From: Pseudomonadales bacterium
GTDB lineage: Bacteria; Patescibacteriota; Microgenomatia; UBA1400; PJMF01
Assembly: GCA_020632255.1 (NCBI GenBank)
Contig: JACKFX010000003.1
Location: forward strand, 48,119 to 112,118
Direction: 5' to 3'
DNA length: 64,000 bases
This document shows positions 47,267 to 57,379 of this stretch, one piece after another (position 1 is the first letter of the stretch; every line of letters starts with the position of its first letter). A program made the translations under genes and the position numbers. The notes beneath the pieces are model-generated. The model was not told the origin of the DNA. It made no database searches and was given only the letters and a program-made list of their open reading frames with translations.

Positions 47267-48136
47267 ATGTCAACCAAACGAGATTACTACGAAATTTTAG
47301 GGGTTACCAAGTCGGTAACCGATAAGGAATTAAAGTCTGCTTATCGAAAGATGGCACTCAAGTGGCACCCCGACAAGAATCCAGATAAAAAAGCTGAAGC
47401 AGAAGCTAAGTTTAAAGAAATCAACGAGGCCTATCAGGTGCTTTCGGACAGTAAAAAACGTCAAGCATATGACCAGTTTGGTCATGCGGCCTTCGATCCT
47501 GCCAGTGGTATGGGCGGTATGGGTGGAAATCCATTCGGAGGTGGTTTTGGCCAAGGTCCATTTACCTATACCTACACATCGAATGGCCAGAGTCCATTTG
47601 GAAATGCTGATTTTGGAGATCCATTCGAAATTTTTGAACAGTTTTTCGGTGGGGGGTTTGGTCGTGCTGCGCAACGTCGACCTCGCTACTCACTTCAAAT
47701 TGAGTTTATGGAGGCTGTGAACGGAGTAGAGAAGGAAGTAGAGATCGAAGGCAAAAAGCACACCATCAAAGTGCCTGCAGGGGCAAATGACGGTACACGC
47801 ATTCGTTTTAGTGGGTTTGATGTTACCATCGATGTTAAAACGCACGAACGGTTTAAGCGTGATGGGTATGATGTTTTTGTTGATCACCCTATTTCTTATT
47901 CTTTAGCAGTTTTAGGTGGGGTAACAGAAGTTGAAACATTGCACAGTACATTAAAGTTAAAGGTTCGACCTGGAACAACATCACACTCATTAGTAAGACT
48001 TCGCGGGGAAGGCATTCAGTACCTTCGGGGAACTGGAAAAGGTGACTTATATGTGCGCTTAGTTATTGAAGTTCCAGAAAAACTGAATAGACAACAGCGA
48101 AAAGCGGTAGAAAAGATTGGGGACGTTGGTCTCTAG
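47267..48136 (+). CDS. J-domain co-chaperone, class B (DnaJ/CbpA-like, no zinc-finger repeats)
   Basis: ..[22 protein letters not shown] (HPD motif), a G/F-rich linker and C-terminal beta-domains. No CxxCxGxG repeats. Confidence 0.75.
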   Translation: MSTKRDYYEILGVTKSVTDKELKSAYRKMALKWHPDKNPDKKAEAEAKFKEINEAYQVLSDSKKRQAYDQFGHAAFDPASGMGGMGGNPFGGGFGQGPFTYTYTSNGQSPFGNADFGDPFEIFEQFFGGGFGRAAQRRPRYSLQIEFMEAVNGVEKEVEIEGKKHTIKVPAGANDGTRIRFSGFDVTIDVKTHERFKRDGYDVFVDHPISYSLAVLGGVTEVETLHSTLKLKVRPGTTSHSLVRLRGEGIQYLRGTGKGDLYVRLVIEVPEKLNRQQRKAVEKIGDVGL

Positions 48137-48146
48137 AAAGTTCAGC

Positions 48147-48272
48147 ATGGCAAAAAAACGTGTTCTTTTAACGGGAGACGACGGATACAACTCATTGGGA
48201 ACACGGTTAGTCATTGCAGCGCTTAAGGAGTCATACGAGTTGCAGATAGCTGGCACGCTGCGGCAGCAGTAA
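48147..48272 (+). pseudogene. surE (5'/3'-nucleotidase) N-terminal remnant, 41 codons
   Basis: MAKKRVLLTGDDGYNSLGTRLVIAALKESYELQIAGTLRQQ* matches the SurE N-terminus (..ILLTNDDG..G...L...L), but it terminates after 41 aa. Full-length SurE is ~250 aa. Confidence 0.45.
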
Positions 48273-48443
48273 GCTTCTCGCACCTCTTGAAAAAAAACAC
48301 CAGAATTGCTATAATGCATCCAGGTATGAAGGGAAGGGCTCAGGAATGGAGCTCTTTTTGTTTCTTACCGCATGAAGAAAAGTATTTCGAAAAGAAAATA
48401 AACTGGCAGAAAGAAGTATCAATTCAGCCAGAAAAAGGAAGTT

Positions 48444-49712
48444 ATGCAAACAACGAACAGTCGTGTTGTCCGAACAGAATTTGCCGCAGCAATTACACAG
48501 ATTGCTAATGAGCGCAAAATCAGTACTGATTCAATTTATACTGCTATTAAGCAAGCGCTTGTTTCTGCTTACCGTAAACAGTATGGTGATCTTGAAGAGG
48601 ACGCTTACTATTTTGTCGAACTTAATGAAGACAATGGTGAATCTCGTATTTTTAAAGCTCCAGCAACTAAGGTTGACGAAGAGACTGGCGAAGTCCTTGA
48701 ATGGGACGAGTCAAAATCAAAGGACGTAACGCCAGCTGGTTTTGGTCGCATCGCTGCACAAACTGCAAAACAAGTGATCTTACAAAAAATTCGTGAGTCA
48801 GAAAAAGATCAGATCATTAGCGAGTATGAAGATCGTATTGGCGAAATTATCACCGCCCAAATTCTTCGTATGGATGGCCGAAAAGTTGTCCTCGATCTTG
48901 GTCGAGGTCAAGGTATCATGCCTCCTGAAGAACAGATGCGTGGCGAGTTTTACAAGGTGAACAGCCGTATCACCGTTCTCATTAAAGAAATTCGTGAGAC
49001 CCATCGTGGTCAAACCATTATTGCTTCACGCGCTGACAAAGATTTAGTTGTTAAGCTTTTTGAGCGTGAAGTTCCGGAAGTGCAAACTGGCGCTGTCGAA
49101 ATTGCGTTGATTGCTCGCGAGGCTGGTGTTCGAACCAAGTTAGCTGTTCGCTCAACCCAAGACGGGGTCGATCCTGTCGGTTCTTGTGTGGGACAGCGTG
49201 GTGTTCGTGTTCAAGAAGTTATTCGTGAGCTCAACAACGAAAAGCTCGACATTATTCCTTGGTCAGATAACTCACGACTTTTACTCCAGGGTGCGCTTGC
49301 ACCAGCAGAAGGTCTCAAAATTGACATTAATGAAGAAGCTCGCACAGTCGAAGTCACTGCTCCAGATGATCAACTATCTCTTGCTATTGGCCGCGGAGGT
49401 CAAAATGTTCGTTTGGCTGCAAAGCTGACAAACTACAAGATTACGATCAAGTCTGCTGACGGTACCGTTGAATCTGCTGTAACCGGTGAAGAAGAATACG
49501 AAATCGACACTTTTGATGGTCTTAGTGAAGAAGCTAGAACCTTCCTTGTTGATAACAAACTCACCACTCTTGGTGACTTGGTACGTTTCAAAAACAAGTG
49601 GGTTGAAAGCGAAGATCTCGAGGAAGATCAGCGCGGTATACTCATGAAACTCGTTGAAGAGTTTGAAGCTCGAGACGAAGAAGTATCATTACTTAAGAGA
49701 GATAATCAGTAG
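48444..49712 (+). CDS. nusA: transcription termination/antitermination factor NusA
   Basis: N-terminal domain ..IANERKISTDSIYTAIKQALVSAYRKQYG.., the S1 domain, and two KH domains (..IGRGGQNVRLAAKLT..). Confidence 0.9.
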   Translation: MQTTNSRVVRTEFAAAITQIANERKISTDSIYTAIKQALVSAYRKQYGDLEEDAYYFVELNEDNGESRIFKAPATKVDEETGEVLEWDESKSKDVTPAGFGRIAAQTAKQVILQKIRESEKDQIISEYEDRIGEIITAQILRMDGRKVVLDLGRGQGIMPPEEQMRGEFYKVNSRITVLIKEIRETHRGQTIIASRADKDLVVKLFEREVPEVQTGAVEIALIAREAGVRTKLAVRSTQDGVDPVGSCVGQRGVRVQEVIRELNNEKLDIIPWSDNSRLLLQGALAPAEGLKIDINEEARTVEVTAPDDQLSLAIGRGGQNVRLAAKLTNYKITIKSADGTVESAVTGEEEYEIDTFDGLSEEARTFLVDNKLTTLGDLVRFKNKWVESEDLEEDQRGILMKLVEEFEARDEEVSLLKRDNQ

Positions 49713-49714
49713 GA

Positions 49715-49752
49715 GGAGAAGCGCGGCCTGCGGCCGCGCCCTCTTCTTTTGT
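49715..49752 (+). terminator. GC-rich palindrome (19-mer GCGCGGCCTGCGGCCGCGC at 49721-49739) with flanking AGAAG/CTTCT extension and T-run
   Basis: Identical 19-mer to 30329-30347. Here it is followed by CTCTTCTTTTG, so it can act as an intrinsic terminator between nusA and infB. Confidence 0.55.
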
Positions 49753-49775
49753 AACCATCCAGAAGAAAGGGATAT

Positions 49776-51242
49776 ATGGCACAAACAAAGCGTCCACCAG
49801 TCATCACCATAATGGGCCATGTAGACCATGGAAAAACGACATTGCTCGATTACATCCGTCACACCAGAGTGACTGCCGGTGAAGCAGGTGGAATCACTCA
49901 GCACATCGGTGCGTATAACATTGACTATAACGGTACTTCATTAACCTTTATTGATACTCCAGGACACGCGGCTTTTAATAAAATGCGTGAGCGTGGAGCT
50001 CAAATTACTGACTTAGTTGTGTTGGTTGTTGCAGCAAATGATGGCGTTAAACCTCAAACCATTGAATCAATTCGTCACATCAAGAATAGCAACGTTCCGG
50101 TGGTGGTTGCTGTCAACAAGATGGATTTACCAGATGTTAATCCAGATGTTGCCAAATCACAGCTGGCAGAGCACGGGATCGTGGTCAGCGAGTATGGTGG
50201 TGATGTTGAGACCGTTGAAATTTCAGCTCTCAAAGGTATGGGCGTCGACAAGTTGCTCGAAACCCTCATTTTGATGGCAGATATTTTAGAGCTCGAAGCT
50301 GATCCGTCTGCTCCGCTCGAAGCAGTGGTGGTCGAATCTTCAAAAGATGCTCGCCGTGGTGTGGTGGCAACGGTGATTGTTCAAAACGGTACACTGTCAG
50401 TTCGTACTGATGTGTACACCGATTCTGCAGAAGGCCGAGTCAAGTTGCTTACAAATGAGCAAGGACAACAATTGACTGATGTAAAACCAGGTTATCCTGC
50501 GGAAATTATTGGATTTAAGGATGTTCCTTCAGTTGGTTCGATCGTTCGTGATAGAGCAGCTGAGTATCCTGTGTCTGAAGAAATCGAAGAAGAAGTCGAA
50601 CTGGAAGAAAACCCTTGGGGTGATATTGACTTTGGATCTCTGATCGAGGACAAGCCAAAGCTCAAACTCATTATTAAGGCAGACACCGAAGGTACCCTCG
50701 AGGCTATCATGCAGACGATTGATGATGAGAGTACCGATGTTATTGATTTTGGAGTGGGTGAAATCACTGAGCGCGATCTTGAAATGGCCAGTACCAGTGG
50801 CGCATTACTGATTGCCTTCCACATCAAAGTTTCCGGTAAGATCAAACGTCTCGCAAAAGAGGATGGAGTCAAAGTTCGCAAGTACGACATTATCTACAAA
50901 TTGATTGAAGATCTTCAAAAAAGACAGCTCAAGCTTCTTGAGCCAACTATTGATGAAGTAGTGCATGGAGAAATTGAAATTCTTGAAATTTTCGAAATGA
51001 AAGGTGATCGTATTGCTGGGTGCCGTGTGAAGACTGGTGAACTCAAGAAGCGCGATCTCTTACACCTCAAGCGCGATGGTAACATTATTGCTGATCCTAA
51101 GATTAAGTCTATGATGCACGGTAAAGAAGAAATTGACAAAGTCACAGCAAAAAGTGAGTTTGGCTGTACCTTCCACAACAAGAAACTTGACTTCCAACCT
51201 GGAGATATTCTTGTTGCCTACACAGTTGAAGATGAGATCTAG
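49776..51242 (+). CDS. infB: translation initiation factor IF-2, short form (488 aa, begins at the G domain)
   Basis: MAQTKRPPVITIMGHVDHGKTTLLD.., DTPGH and NKMD. Confidence 0.9.
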   Translation: MAQTKRPPVITIMGHVDHGKTTLLDYIRHTRVTAGEAGGITQHIGAYNIDYNGTSLTFIDTPGHAAFNKMRERGAQITDLVVLVVAANDGVKPQTIESIRHIKNSNVPVVVAVNKMDLPDVNPDVAKSQLAEHGIVVSEYGGDVETVEISALKGMGVDKLLETLILMADILELEADPSAPLEAVVVESSKDARRGVVATVIVQNGTLSVRTDVYTDSAEGRVKLLTNEQGQQLTDVKPGYPAEIIGFKDVPSVGSIVRDRAAEYPVSEEIEEEVELEENPWGDIDFGSLIEDKPKLKLIIKADTEGTLEAIMQTIDDESTDVIDFGVGEITERDLEMASTSGALLIAFHIKVSGKIKRLAKEDGVKVRKYDIIYKLIEDLQKRQLKLLEPTIDEVVHGEIEILEIFEMKGDRIAGCRVKTGELKKRDLLHLKRDGNIIADPKIKSMMHGKEEIDKVTAKSEFGCTFHNKKLDFQPGDILVAYTVEDEI

Positions 51243-51378
51243 AGAAGATGTTCTGGTATATCAAACAAATGATGGTATACTATGAGCTACTTATAAAAAG
51301 TATAATTGGTTACTTTGTCTAGCAGGTTTGAGCAGTCGCTCTTCAAAAACTCGCTCTACAAGGGCAGAAAGGAATACC

Positions 51379-51648
51379 ATGGCTTTATCAAAAGCTCAAA
51401 AAATCCAAATTATCAAAGACTACCAACTCTTCGAGGGTGACACTGGTTCCCCAGAGGTACAGGTTGCAATCCTAACTGCTTCTATTCAGGAGCTCACCGA
51501 GCACTTAAAGCAGCACAAAAAAGATGACCACTCACGCAGAGGTCTCTTGAAGCAGGTTGCTAAGAGACGTCGTCTCCTTAATTTCTTGCTCAGTCGCTCA
51601 GAGGAGCGCTACAAGAAGCTCATCGACAGCTTAGGTTTAAGCAAATAA
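51379..51648 (+). CDS. rpsO: 30S ribosomal protein S15
   Basis: [45 protein letters not shown]... The start is set at ATG 51379 (RBS AAAGGAAT); the ORF-track start adds 17 aa. Confidence 0.9.
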   Translation: MALSKAQKIQIIKDYQLFEGDTGSPEVQVAILTASIQELTEHLKQHKKDDHSRRGLLKQVAKRRRLLNFLLSRSEERYKKLIDSLGLSK

Positions 51649-51676
51649 TTTGTTTTTTGATTGAAATTAATCTTGA

Positions 51677-51707
51677 AAGCGCCAGGCAATTTGCCTGGCG
51701 CTTTTTG
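51677..51707 (+). terminator. rho-independent terminator AGCGCCAGGCAA-ttt-GCCTGGCGCT + TTTT
   Basis: Read directly. The same stem sequence recurs after pnp (56694-56722). Confidence 0.65.
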
Positions 51708-51750
51708 GCCACCTTTAGCTATTTTTGACTTGAAGGGTGTGCTGATTAGT

Positions 51751-52290
51751 TCATGGTGTGCTAGAGTCAGTTTTTTCGATGAATGGGCTGATTTGTAAGT
51801 AACAAAATGCAATAAAAACTGATTCTAATTGATCTTTAGTAAGTGTGGATGCATCTAAAGCATTTATTGAATTCATGGATGGGTATTCCTTAAGAGATCG
51901 CAGAATAGTTGCAATAATGAGTTTCATTTCTTCAGTATGCCAATCGTTTGGGTTTGTAAAAGGGGGAGTGAGTTCTCCATATGATTCTTCTGAAACGTGT
52001 TGGGCGTAAGCAGCTAGAGATCCTAACCACACTAGTGCTTTATTCAGAGTTTCTATCTTCATTCCTGGTGTGTGTTGGTCAAGCATGCGACAATATAGAG
52101 GAAGAGCATTAAGGGCAAAACCGAATGTCTTCGCTGGATTTTGTGGACCTATATCTTCTTGAGAATGAATCTGTATATATTCACGAACATATTCTTCGCG
52201 TAATGTTGCCTTTTGTAGTATCTCCAAGATAATATCAAATGATTGATAATCCACAGGCAATATTACCATCTTAGCTTCTTTATTGTTCAT
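51751..52290 (-). CDS. hypothetical protein
   Basis: 179-aa ORF with no recognisable domain. Confidence 0.4.
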   Translation of the reverse strand: MNNKEAKMVILPVDYQSFDIILEILQKATLREEYVREYIQIHSQEDIGPQNPAKTFGFALNALPLYCRMLDQHTPGMKIETLNKALVWLGSLAAYAQHVSEESYGELTPPFTNPNDWHTEEMKLIIATILRSLKEYPSMNSINALDASTLTKDQLESVFIAFCYLQISPFIEKTDSSTP

Positions 52291-52407
52291 AGGACCTTCA
52301 CTCTACTTAGTAGTATAGATTGCTTTTCTAATAATATAAGAAACAAATACACCAAAAAAATGTACCTCAGCAGCCCTGTCACTGCAGACTGCTGAGGTAC
52401 TACACGT

Positions 52408-53187
52408 TCATTTGTTAATTAAACACCTTCCTTCTCCCACCAGTGGTGGTTCGAAGATCGGATCAAAAACCACAGGCAGAGGGTATACCCTCAATGATGA
52501 GCAGCTTGACAACCTAAGTTGCCTGACATCCACTCTCCCGCCTGCTGATGTCTTAAAAATTATTGTTACCGCGCTTCCCCATTTGGGTTGCGCGACCGAG
52601 CCCGCATTGTTAAAGACCATCGCAACCGCCCCTATGACGGGGTCGTACGCGACCACAATGCACCTCAGACCCCCGAACTGGCTGTACTCTGTGCTGCCAC
52701 AGTACAGCTCAGCTTGCTGTGCATGTCTTATTAGCTCGAAAGCTAATAAGACTTTTAACATGCTGCCCCGACTTTCTGCAGCATGTTTCCAGTCCTCATG
52801 ATTCCAGTCTGGAAAATCAGGGATTGGCCAACTCACTGAGTTGGCCGAGGCCATTGCCAATTCACTCGCAGAGATGCTTGGCAACTCAAGCATCTCTGCG
52901 ATTTCATTGAGGGGTTGACCCTCAAATAACATTCTAATGTCTTCCTCACTTCCTTCCCCCCTCTCGATTGTTTCGAGAAGGGAAGTTACAGTTCTACTGC
53001 CTCCGTAGTGATAGTTGGTTGAAGAAGCTCCACCCAAATGAGGGATACTGATCTCAACCTTTGGAGTCAAGACCAACACTATCGCTACTACTATAATAAT
53101 GAGTGCGATTATGATCGCAACTCCTGCGACTGCCTGTCCCTTTTGATTCATTTCCTCTCCTACAATGAACGTTTTTTGCTCCCACAA
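52408..53187 (-). CDS. hypothetical N-terminally membrane-anchored protein
   Basis: TM helix AVAGVAIIIALIIIVVAIVLVL. No domain recognised. Confidence 0.4.
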   Translation of the reverse strand: MWEQKTFIVGEEMNQKGQAVAGVAIIIALIIIVVAIVLVLTPKVEISIPHLGGASSTNYHYGGSRTVTSLLETIERGEGSEEDIRMLFEGQPLNEIAEMLELPSISASELAMASANSVSWPIPDFPDWNHEDWKHAAESRGSMLKVLLAFELIRHAQQAELYCGSTEYSQFGGLRCIVVAYDPVIGAVAMVFNNAGSVAQPKWGSAVTIIFKTSAGGRVDVRQLRLSSCSSLRVYPLPVVFDPIFEPPLVGEGRCLINK

Positions 53188-53452
53188 AATGAGGGATGCT
53201 ACAAGCTGAGATTTGTTTAGCTCAACTTATAGCATGCTTCATTTACATAGGAATGTAATATTTGTTTCTTAATGTGCAATTTTGATTGTTTCATTAATAT
53301 CTTATAATAAATATGACTATCAGTCAAGAATGTGGAGCACGAATTACTTCATCTCAAGGAGAATATATCATCACTAGTTCCATAAGTATTCGCAATTGAG
53401 TGAGAGTAAAATGTTGTATACTAAGTAGATAAGTTGTATTGATGCATCTTTA

Positions 53453-54103
53453 GTGAGGTGTATGAAAGGCCGTATGTCCCAAAAAGAATCAGTTTTTGCA
53501 ATCTCAGACAGTATTCATGCTGCATGGGATTTATTTAAAGAAAAATGGTACATCATTTATGGCTTGTATCTTATTCCCGTTGTTGTTGCAGTTATATACT
53601 CACTAACACTAAACGCACTTGGAGAAAGCTTTGGTATAATGGCATTTTTTGTCATGTTTATTTACATGATTGTACAAACAGTGGTCAGCATGGGTGTTAT
53701 TCAAGGATATCTAAACTTAGCCCGTGGAGAAGAAATCAACATTGAAACATTTAAGACCATGTTGCCTTTAGTTGTAAATTACTTTTTGGGTACATTACTT
53801 TTGGGTGTAATTATTGTACTTGGACTTATCTTCCTCATTGTTCCTGGAATTTACTTCTCACTTAAGTATTTCTTTGTTCCATTTTTGCTTATCGATAAGA
53901 AGATGAAACCCATGGAAGCACTCAGGGCCAGTGAAAAAATGACTAAAGGTATTAAATGGGAGTTAGTCGGTTTGAGTGCGGCAGCAATTTTGCTCGCCTA
54001 CATGGGTATTTTTGCAGTAATTGTGGGTATTTTTGTAACAGCACCTGTTGCTGCTATGAGTTATGTGTACTTCTACGAAAAGGCAGTTAAGCGATTACAT
54101 TAA
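53453..54103 (+). CDS. multi-pass integral membrane protein (DUF975-like topology)
   Basis: 4-5 predicted TM helices. No catalytic motif. Confidence 0.45.
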   Translation: MRCMKGRMSQKESVFAISDSIHAAWDLFKEKWYIIYGLYLIPVVVAVIYSLTLNALGESFGIMAFFVMFIYMIVQTVVSMGVIQGYLNLARGEEINIETFKTMLPLVVNYFLGTLLLGVIIVLGLIFLIVPGIYFSLKYFFVPFLLIDKKMKPMEALRASEKMTKGIKWELVGLSAAAILLAYMGIFAVIVGIFVTAPVAAMSYVYFYEKAVKRLH

Positions 54104-54122
54104 TACAGAGTATAACTTAAGA

Positions 54123-54159
54123 AAAAAGCTCTGTGGGTTATATAAACAGAGCTTTTTTG
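54123..54159 (+). terminator. rho-independent terminator
   Basis: AGCTCTGT-gggttatataa-ACAGAGCT followed by TTTTTT. Confidence 0.6.
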
Positions 54160-54335
54160 GTATACTATACTCCTAGTAATAAGAGACAAAAAGAGAGCTG
54201 AGGATTCAAGAGAGTAGATAATCGCGATTTGCGGCCCCGAGTGCCATTTGCACTGCCCAACATAATTATCTCTTCTCCAGAATACTCAACAGTTCTCATA
54301 TGTCAGCTTTCCACAAAGGAAGGCGAAAGGATTAT

Positions 54336-56657
54336 ATGTCATACCCTGCGTACCCAAATACGTACAAACAGGATATTACTGTTGGTGATAAGACTATCAC
54401 CATCGAAGTTGGTAAGTACTCACAACAGGCAAGTGCAGCCGTGCTCTTAACCTGTGGTGAAACAGTTGTACATACAACTGTTGCTCTTGGTCGTAAAGTC
54501 AACCTGGGCTACTTCCCACTCTCTGTTGAGTTTACCGAAAAATTGAACTCTGCCGGTATTATTAAAGGTTCACGTTGGGTGAAGCGCGCAGGCCGCCCAC
54601 TCGATGAAGAAATCTTAAAGGCTCGGGTTATTGACCGCTCACTTCGTCCGATGTTCCCTGATGGAATTACAAATGAAGTGCAGATCATCAATACCGTCTT
54701 TTCATACGATGGTCAAAATGATCCAGATATGCTCGGACTCCTTGGAAGCGCACTTGGACTCTCAATCTCTGAGATTCCATTTGACGGTCCAATGGCAGGT
54801 CTTAAGGTTGGATATAGCAAAGCTGATGAAGCTTTCGTCTTTAATCCAACTGACGAAGAGCAAAAGACCTACAGTGACTTAGAGGTCATCGTCTCTGGTT
54901 CTGGCGAAGCTATTGTGATGGTCGAAGCTAACGCTAATGAAGTTAGCGAAGCTGTGATGGTTGAAGCTTTAGTTCGCGCTCAAGAAGAACTTGGTAAAGT
55001 TTGCCAAGTTATCACCGAAATTACTGCTGAAATTGGCAAGGAAAAAGTTGAACTTATTTCTGATGAAGACAAAGCTACTGTAGAAGCACTCAGTGTATTA
55101 GCAAAAACTATAGCAACAAAGTACGCCGAAGAAATAAAAGCTGCCGTTATTGCAAAAGGACTCCTTCAGGATGCAAAGCTCGGTGAGTTGGAAGCAACAG
55201 TTCTCGAAGCTTTGAATGTTGATCGCAGTGAAGAGGATCAACTCGATGCTCGACAGGTTGCTGATGCAATTCAAAAAGCAATGAAGCAAGCTGCTCGTAG
55301 CATGATTCTTGACGAAGGTACTCGCCCTGACGGTCGTACTACCGAAGAAATTCGCCCAATTTGGAGCGAAGTTGACGTTTTCCCACGTACTCACGGCTCA
55401 GCTATGTTTAAACGTGGAGCTACTCAAGCTGTTACCGTGGTAACGCTTGGCAACCCATCATTAGCTCAACTCATTGAGAGTATTGATGGTGAAGAAAGCC
55501 GTCACTACTTCCATCACTACAGCATGCCTCCGTATGCATCTGGTGAAGCTGGTCGCTTTGGTGCGCCAAAGCGTCGTGAGATTGGTCATGGAGCTCTTGC
55601 AGAGCGAGCACTCTTACCAATGATCCCTTCACAAGCCGAGTTTCCATACACCATTCATGTGGTTTCAGAAATTTTGAGCTCAAATGGTTCAACCTCACAA
55701 GCATCGGTTTGTGGTTCGACCCTTTCACTCATGGCAGCGGGTGTACCAATTAAGCGTCCAGTTTCTGGAATTGCCATGGGACTTATGTCTGATGGTGAGA
55801 AGTACGTTGTGCTCTCTGATATCCAAGGTCTTGAAGACCATGTCGGTGACATGGACTTTAAAGTCGCTGGAACCACCGAAGGTATTACAGCCATTCAGAT
55901 GGACATTAAGCTCAAAGGTATTCCTCGCCCAGTTTTAGAGCAAGCACTCGAGCAAGCTCGTGCAGGTCGTATCCACATTTTGGATGAGATGCTCAAAGCT
56001 ATTCCAGAAAAGCGCACAACTTTGAGTGAATATGCTCCAAAAGTACAACAGATCACTATCCCAGCTAGCCGTATTGGTGAGTTGATTGGGCCAGGTGGTA
56101 AGGTTATCAAGGGTATTATCGAGGCAACTGGCGCAGACATTAATGTTGAAGAAGATAGCGAAAATGAAGTTGGTTTGGTTAACATTTCTTCATCTGAACA
56201 GGCTCAAATCGATGCAGCCTTCAATACCATCAGCAATATGATGCGAGTGATTGAAGTTGGTGAAGAGTTTGATGGAACAGTGACCCGTGTCGAAAGCTAT
56301 GGTGCTTTCGTTGAGTACTTACCAGGTCGTGAGGGTCTTGTGCACGTAAGTGCTATGAGCGCTGATTACGTTAAAGACGCTGCTGATCTTGTCAAAGTTG
56401 GTGACTCAGTGCACGTTCGCATTGCTGAAATCAAAGAGGACGGTAAAATTGGTTTAACCATGTTAACTCCAGAACAGGAAGCCGAAGCAAAAGCTAAGAA
56501 AGCTGAGCGTGGTGATCGAGGTGGAGATCGTGGAGGCAGTCGTGGGGGTAGTCGCTTCGGAGGTGGAGACCGAGGAGGTCGACGCTTTAATGGCGGACGC
56601 GAACGACGTGATGGAGATCGCCGTGGAGGCGATCGACGTCGAAGTGACCGTGATTAA
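54336..56657 (+). CDS. pnp: polyribonucleotide nucleotidyltransferase (PNPase) with Arg/Gly/Asp-rich C-terminal tail
   Basis: Two RNase PH domains, KH and S1 (..FDGTVTRVESYGAFVEY..). The tail is GDRGGDRGGSRGGSRFGGGDRGGRRFNGGRERRDGDRRGGDRRRSDRD. The start is set at ATG 54336 (RBS AAGGAAGG). Confidence 0.9.
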   Translation: MSYPAYPNTYKQDITVGDKTITIEVGKYSQQASAAVLLTCGETVVHTTVALGRKVNLGYFPLSVEFTEKLNSAGIIKGSRWVKRAGRPLDEEILKARVIDRSLRPMFPDGITNEVQIINTVFSYDGQNDPDMLGLLGSALGLSISEIPFDGPMAGLKVGYSKADEAFVFNPTDEEQKTYSDLEVIVSGSGEAIVMVEANANEVSEAVMVEALVRAQEELGKVCQVITEITAEIGKEKVELISDEDKATVEALSVLAKTIATKYAEEIKAAVIAKGLLQDAKLGELEATVLEALNVDRSEEDQLDARQVADAIQKAMKQAARSMILDEGTRPDGRTTEEIRPIWSEVDVFPRTHGSAMFKRGATQAVTVVTLGNPSLAQLIESIDGEESRHYFHHYSMPPYASGEAGRFGAPKRREIGHGALAERALLPMIPSQAEFPYTIHVVSEILSSNGSTSQASVCGSTLSLMAAGVPIKRPVSGIAMGLMSDGEKYVVLSDIQGLEDHVGDMDFKVAGTTEGITAIQMDIKLKGIPRPVLEQALEQARAGRIHILDEMLKAIPEKRTTLSEYAPKVQQITIPASRIGELIGPGGKVIKGIIEATGADINVEEDSENEVGLVNISSSEQAQIDAAFNTISNMMRVIEVGEEFDGTVTRVESYGAFVEYLPGREGLVHVSAMSADYVKDAADLVKVGDSVHVRIAEIKEDGKIGLTMLTPEQEAEAKAKKAERGDRGGDRGGSRGGSRFGGGDRGGRRFNGGRERRDGDRRGGDRRRSDRD

Positions 56658-56693
56658 TTAATTCAATACTTCAGAAAAGTGAATTACAGAGAA

Positions 56694-56722
56694 GCGCCAG
56701 GCAAAAATGCCTGGCGCTTTAA
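56694..56722 (+). terminator. hairpin GCGCCAGGCA-aaaa-TGCCTGGCGC + TTTA
   Basis: Same stem as the rpsO terminator. Confidence 0.55.
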
Positions 56723-56892
56723 TGTAAGATAACTACACGTAGTTGTGGTAGTACAAGCTAAATTAATAACTAATAGTATATAGTTTAGATATGTCAGATG
56801 AAACTCTTTGCTACACTAAAACAGAGCCTAGAAAGACAGAAGAGGTCATTCTTAAAGAAAAAATGTGAGATCTTGAGGGAGAGCTACTTGCT

Positions 56893-57117
56893 ATGGAGCA
56901 ACTACTAACTTCACAACGTGAGTTACTGTCTGGGTTAGAAGAAGAAAATGAAGCAATTCGGGCACAAATTTCAAAAGAAAAATCGGCAGAGCGAAATCGT
57001 GTTTTAGACAAAAAGTATGCACTAGCTTTAGAAATGAGCTACTCAGAGCAGTTGCTATTATGGACAGATGAGGACGACTTATTTGGTAATCCATTTGACT
57101 TGCGTCAAGAAAAATAG
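56893..57117 (+). CDS. hypothetical small acidic coiled-coil protein
   Basis: 74-aa ORF. The overlapping 57068..57301 ORF (other frame) may be a separate small gene starting at ATG 57131, or a frameshifted continuation. Confidence 0.25.
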   Translation: MEQLLTSQRELLSGLEEENEAIRAQISKEKSAERNRVLDKKYALALEMSYSEQLLLWTDEDDLFGNPFDLRQEK

Positions 57118-57379
57118 AAAACTTTTGTTTGAAAAAGCTATGATTGAAGGGAAAATTCCCGATTTACTTGAGCACTTATACTACACATTTCAAATAGATC
57201 AGAGAAAGAGATACTATGGTTCGCCAACGTCACAAATTTTTACATTACTTGATGATACCTATGATTTCAGTTCTGTACCTGAGAACGTAAAGCGTGATTA
57301 GGAACCATCGGCTTTTTGGCAAACTATTGCTCGTCAGATAAAATCAGGAAGAATACCAAAAAGAGTTAAATGCGGCTTT

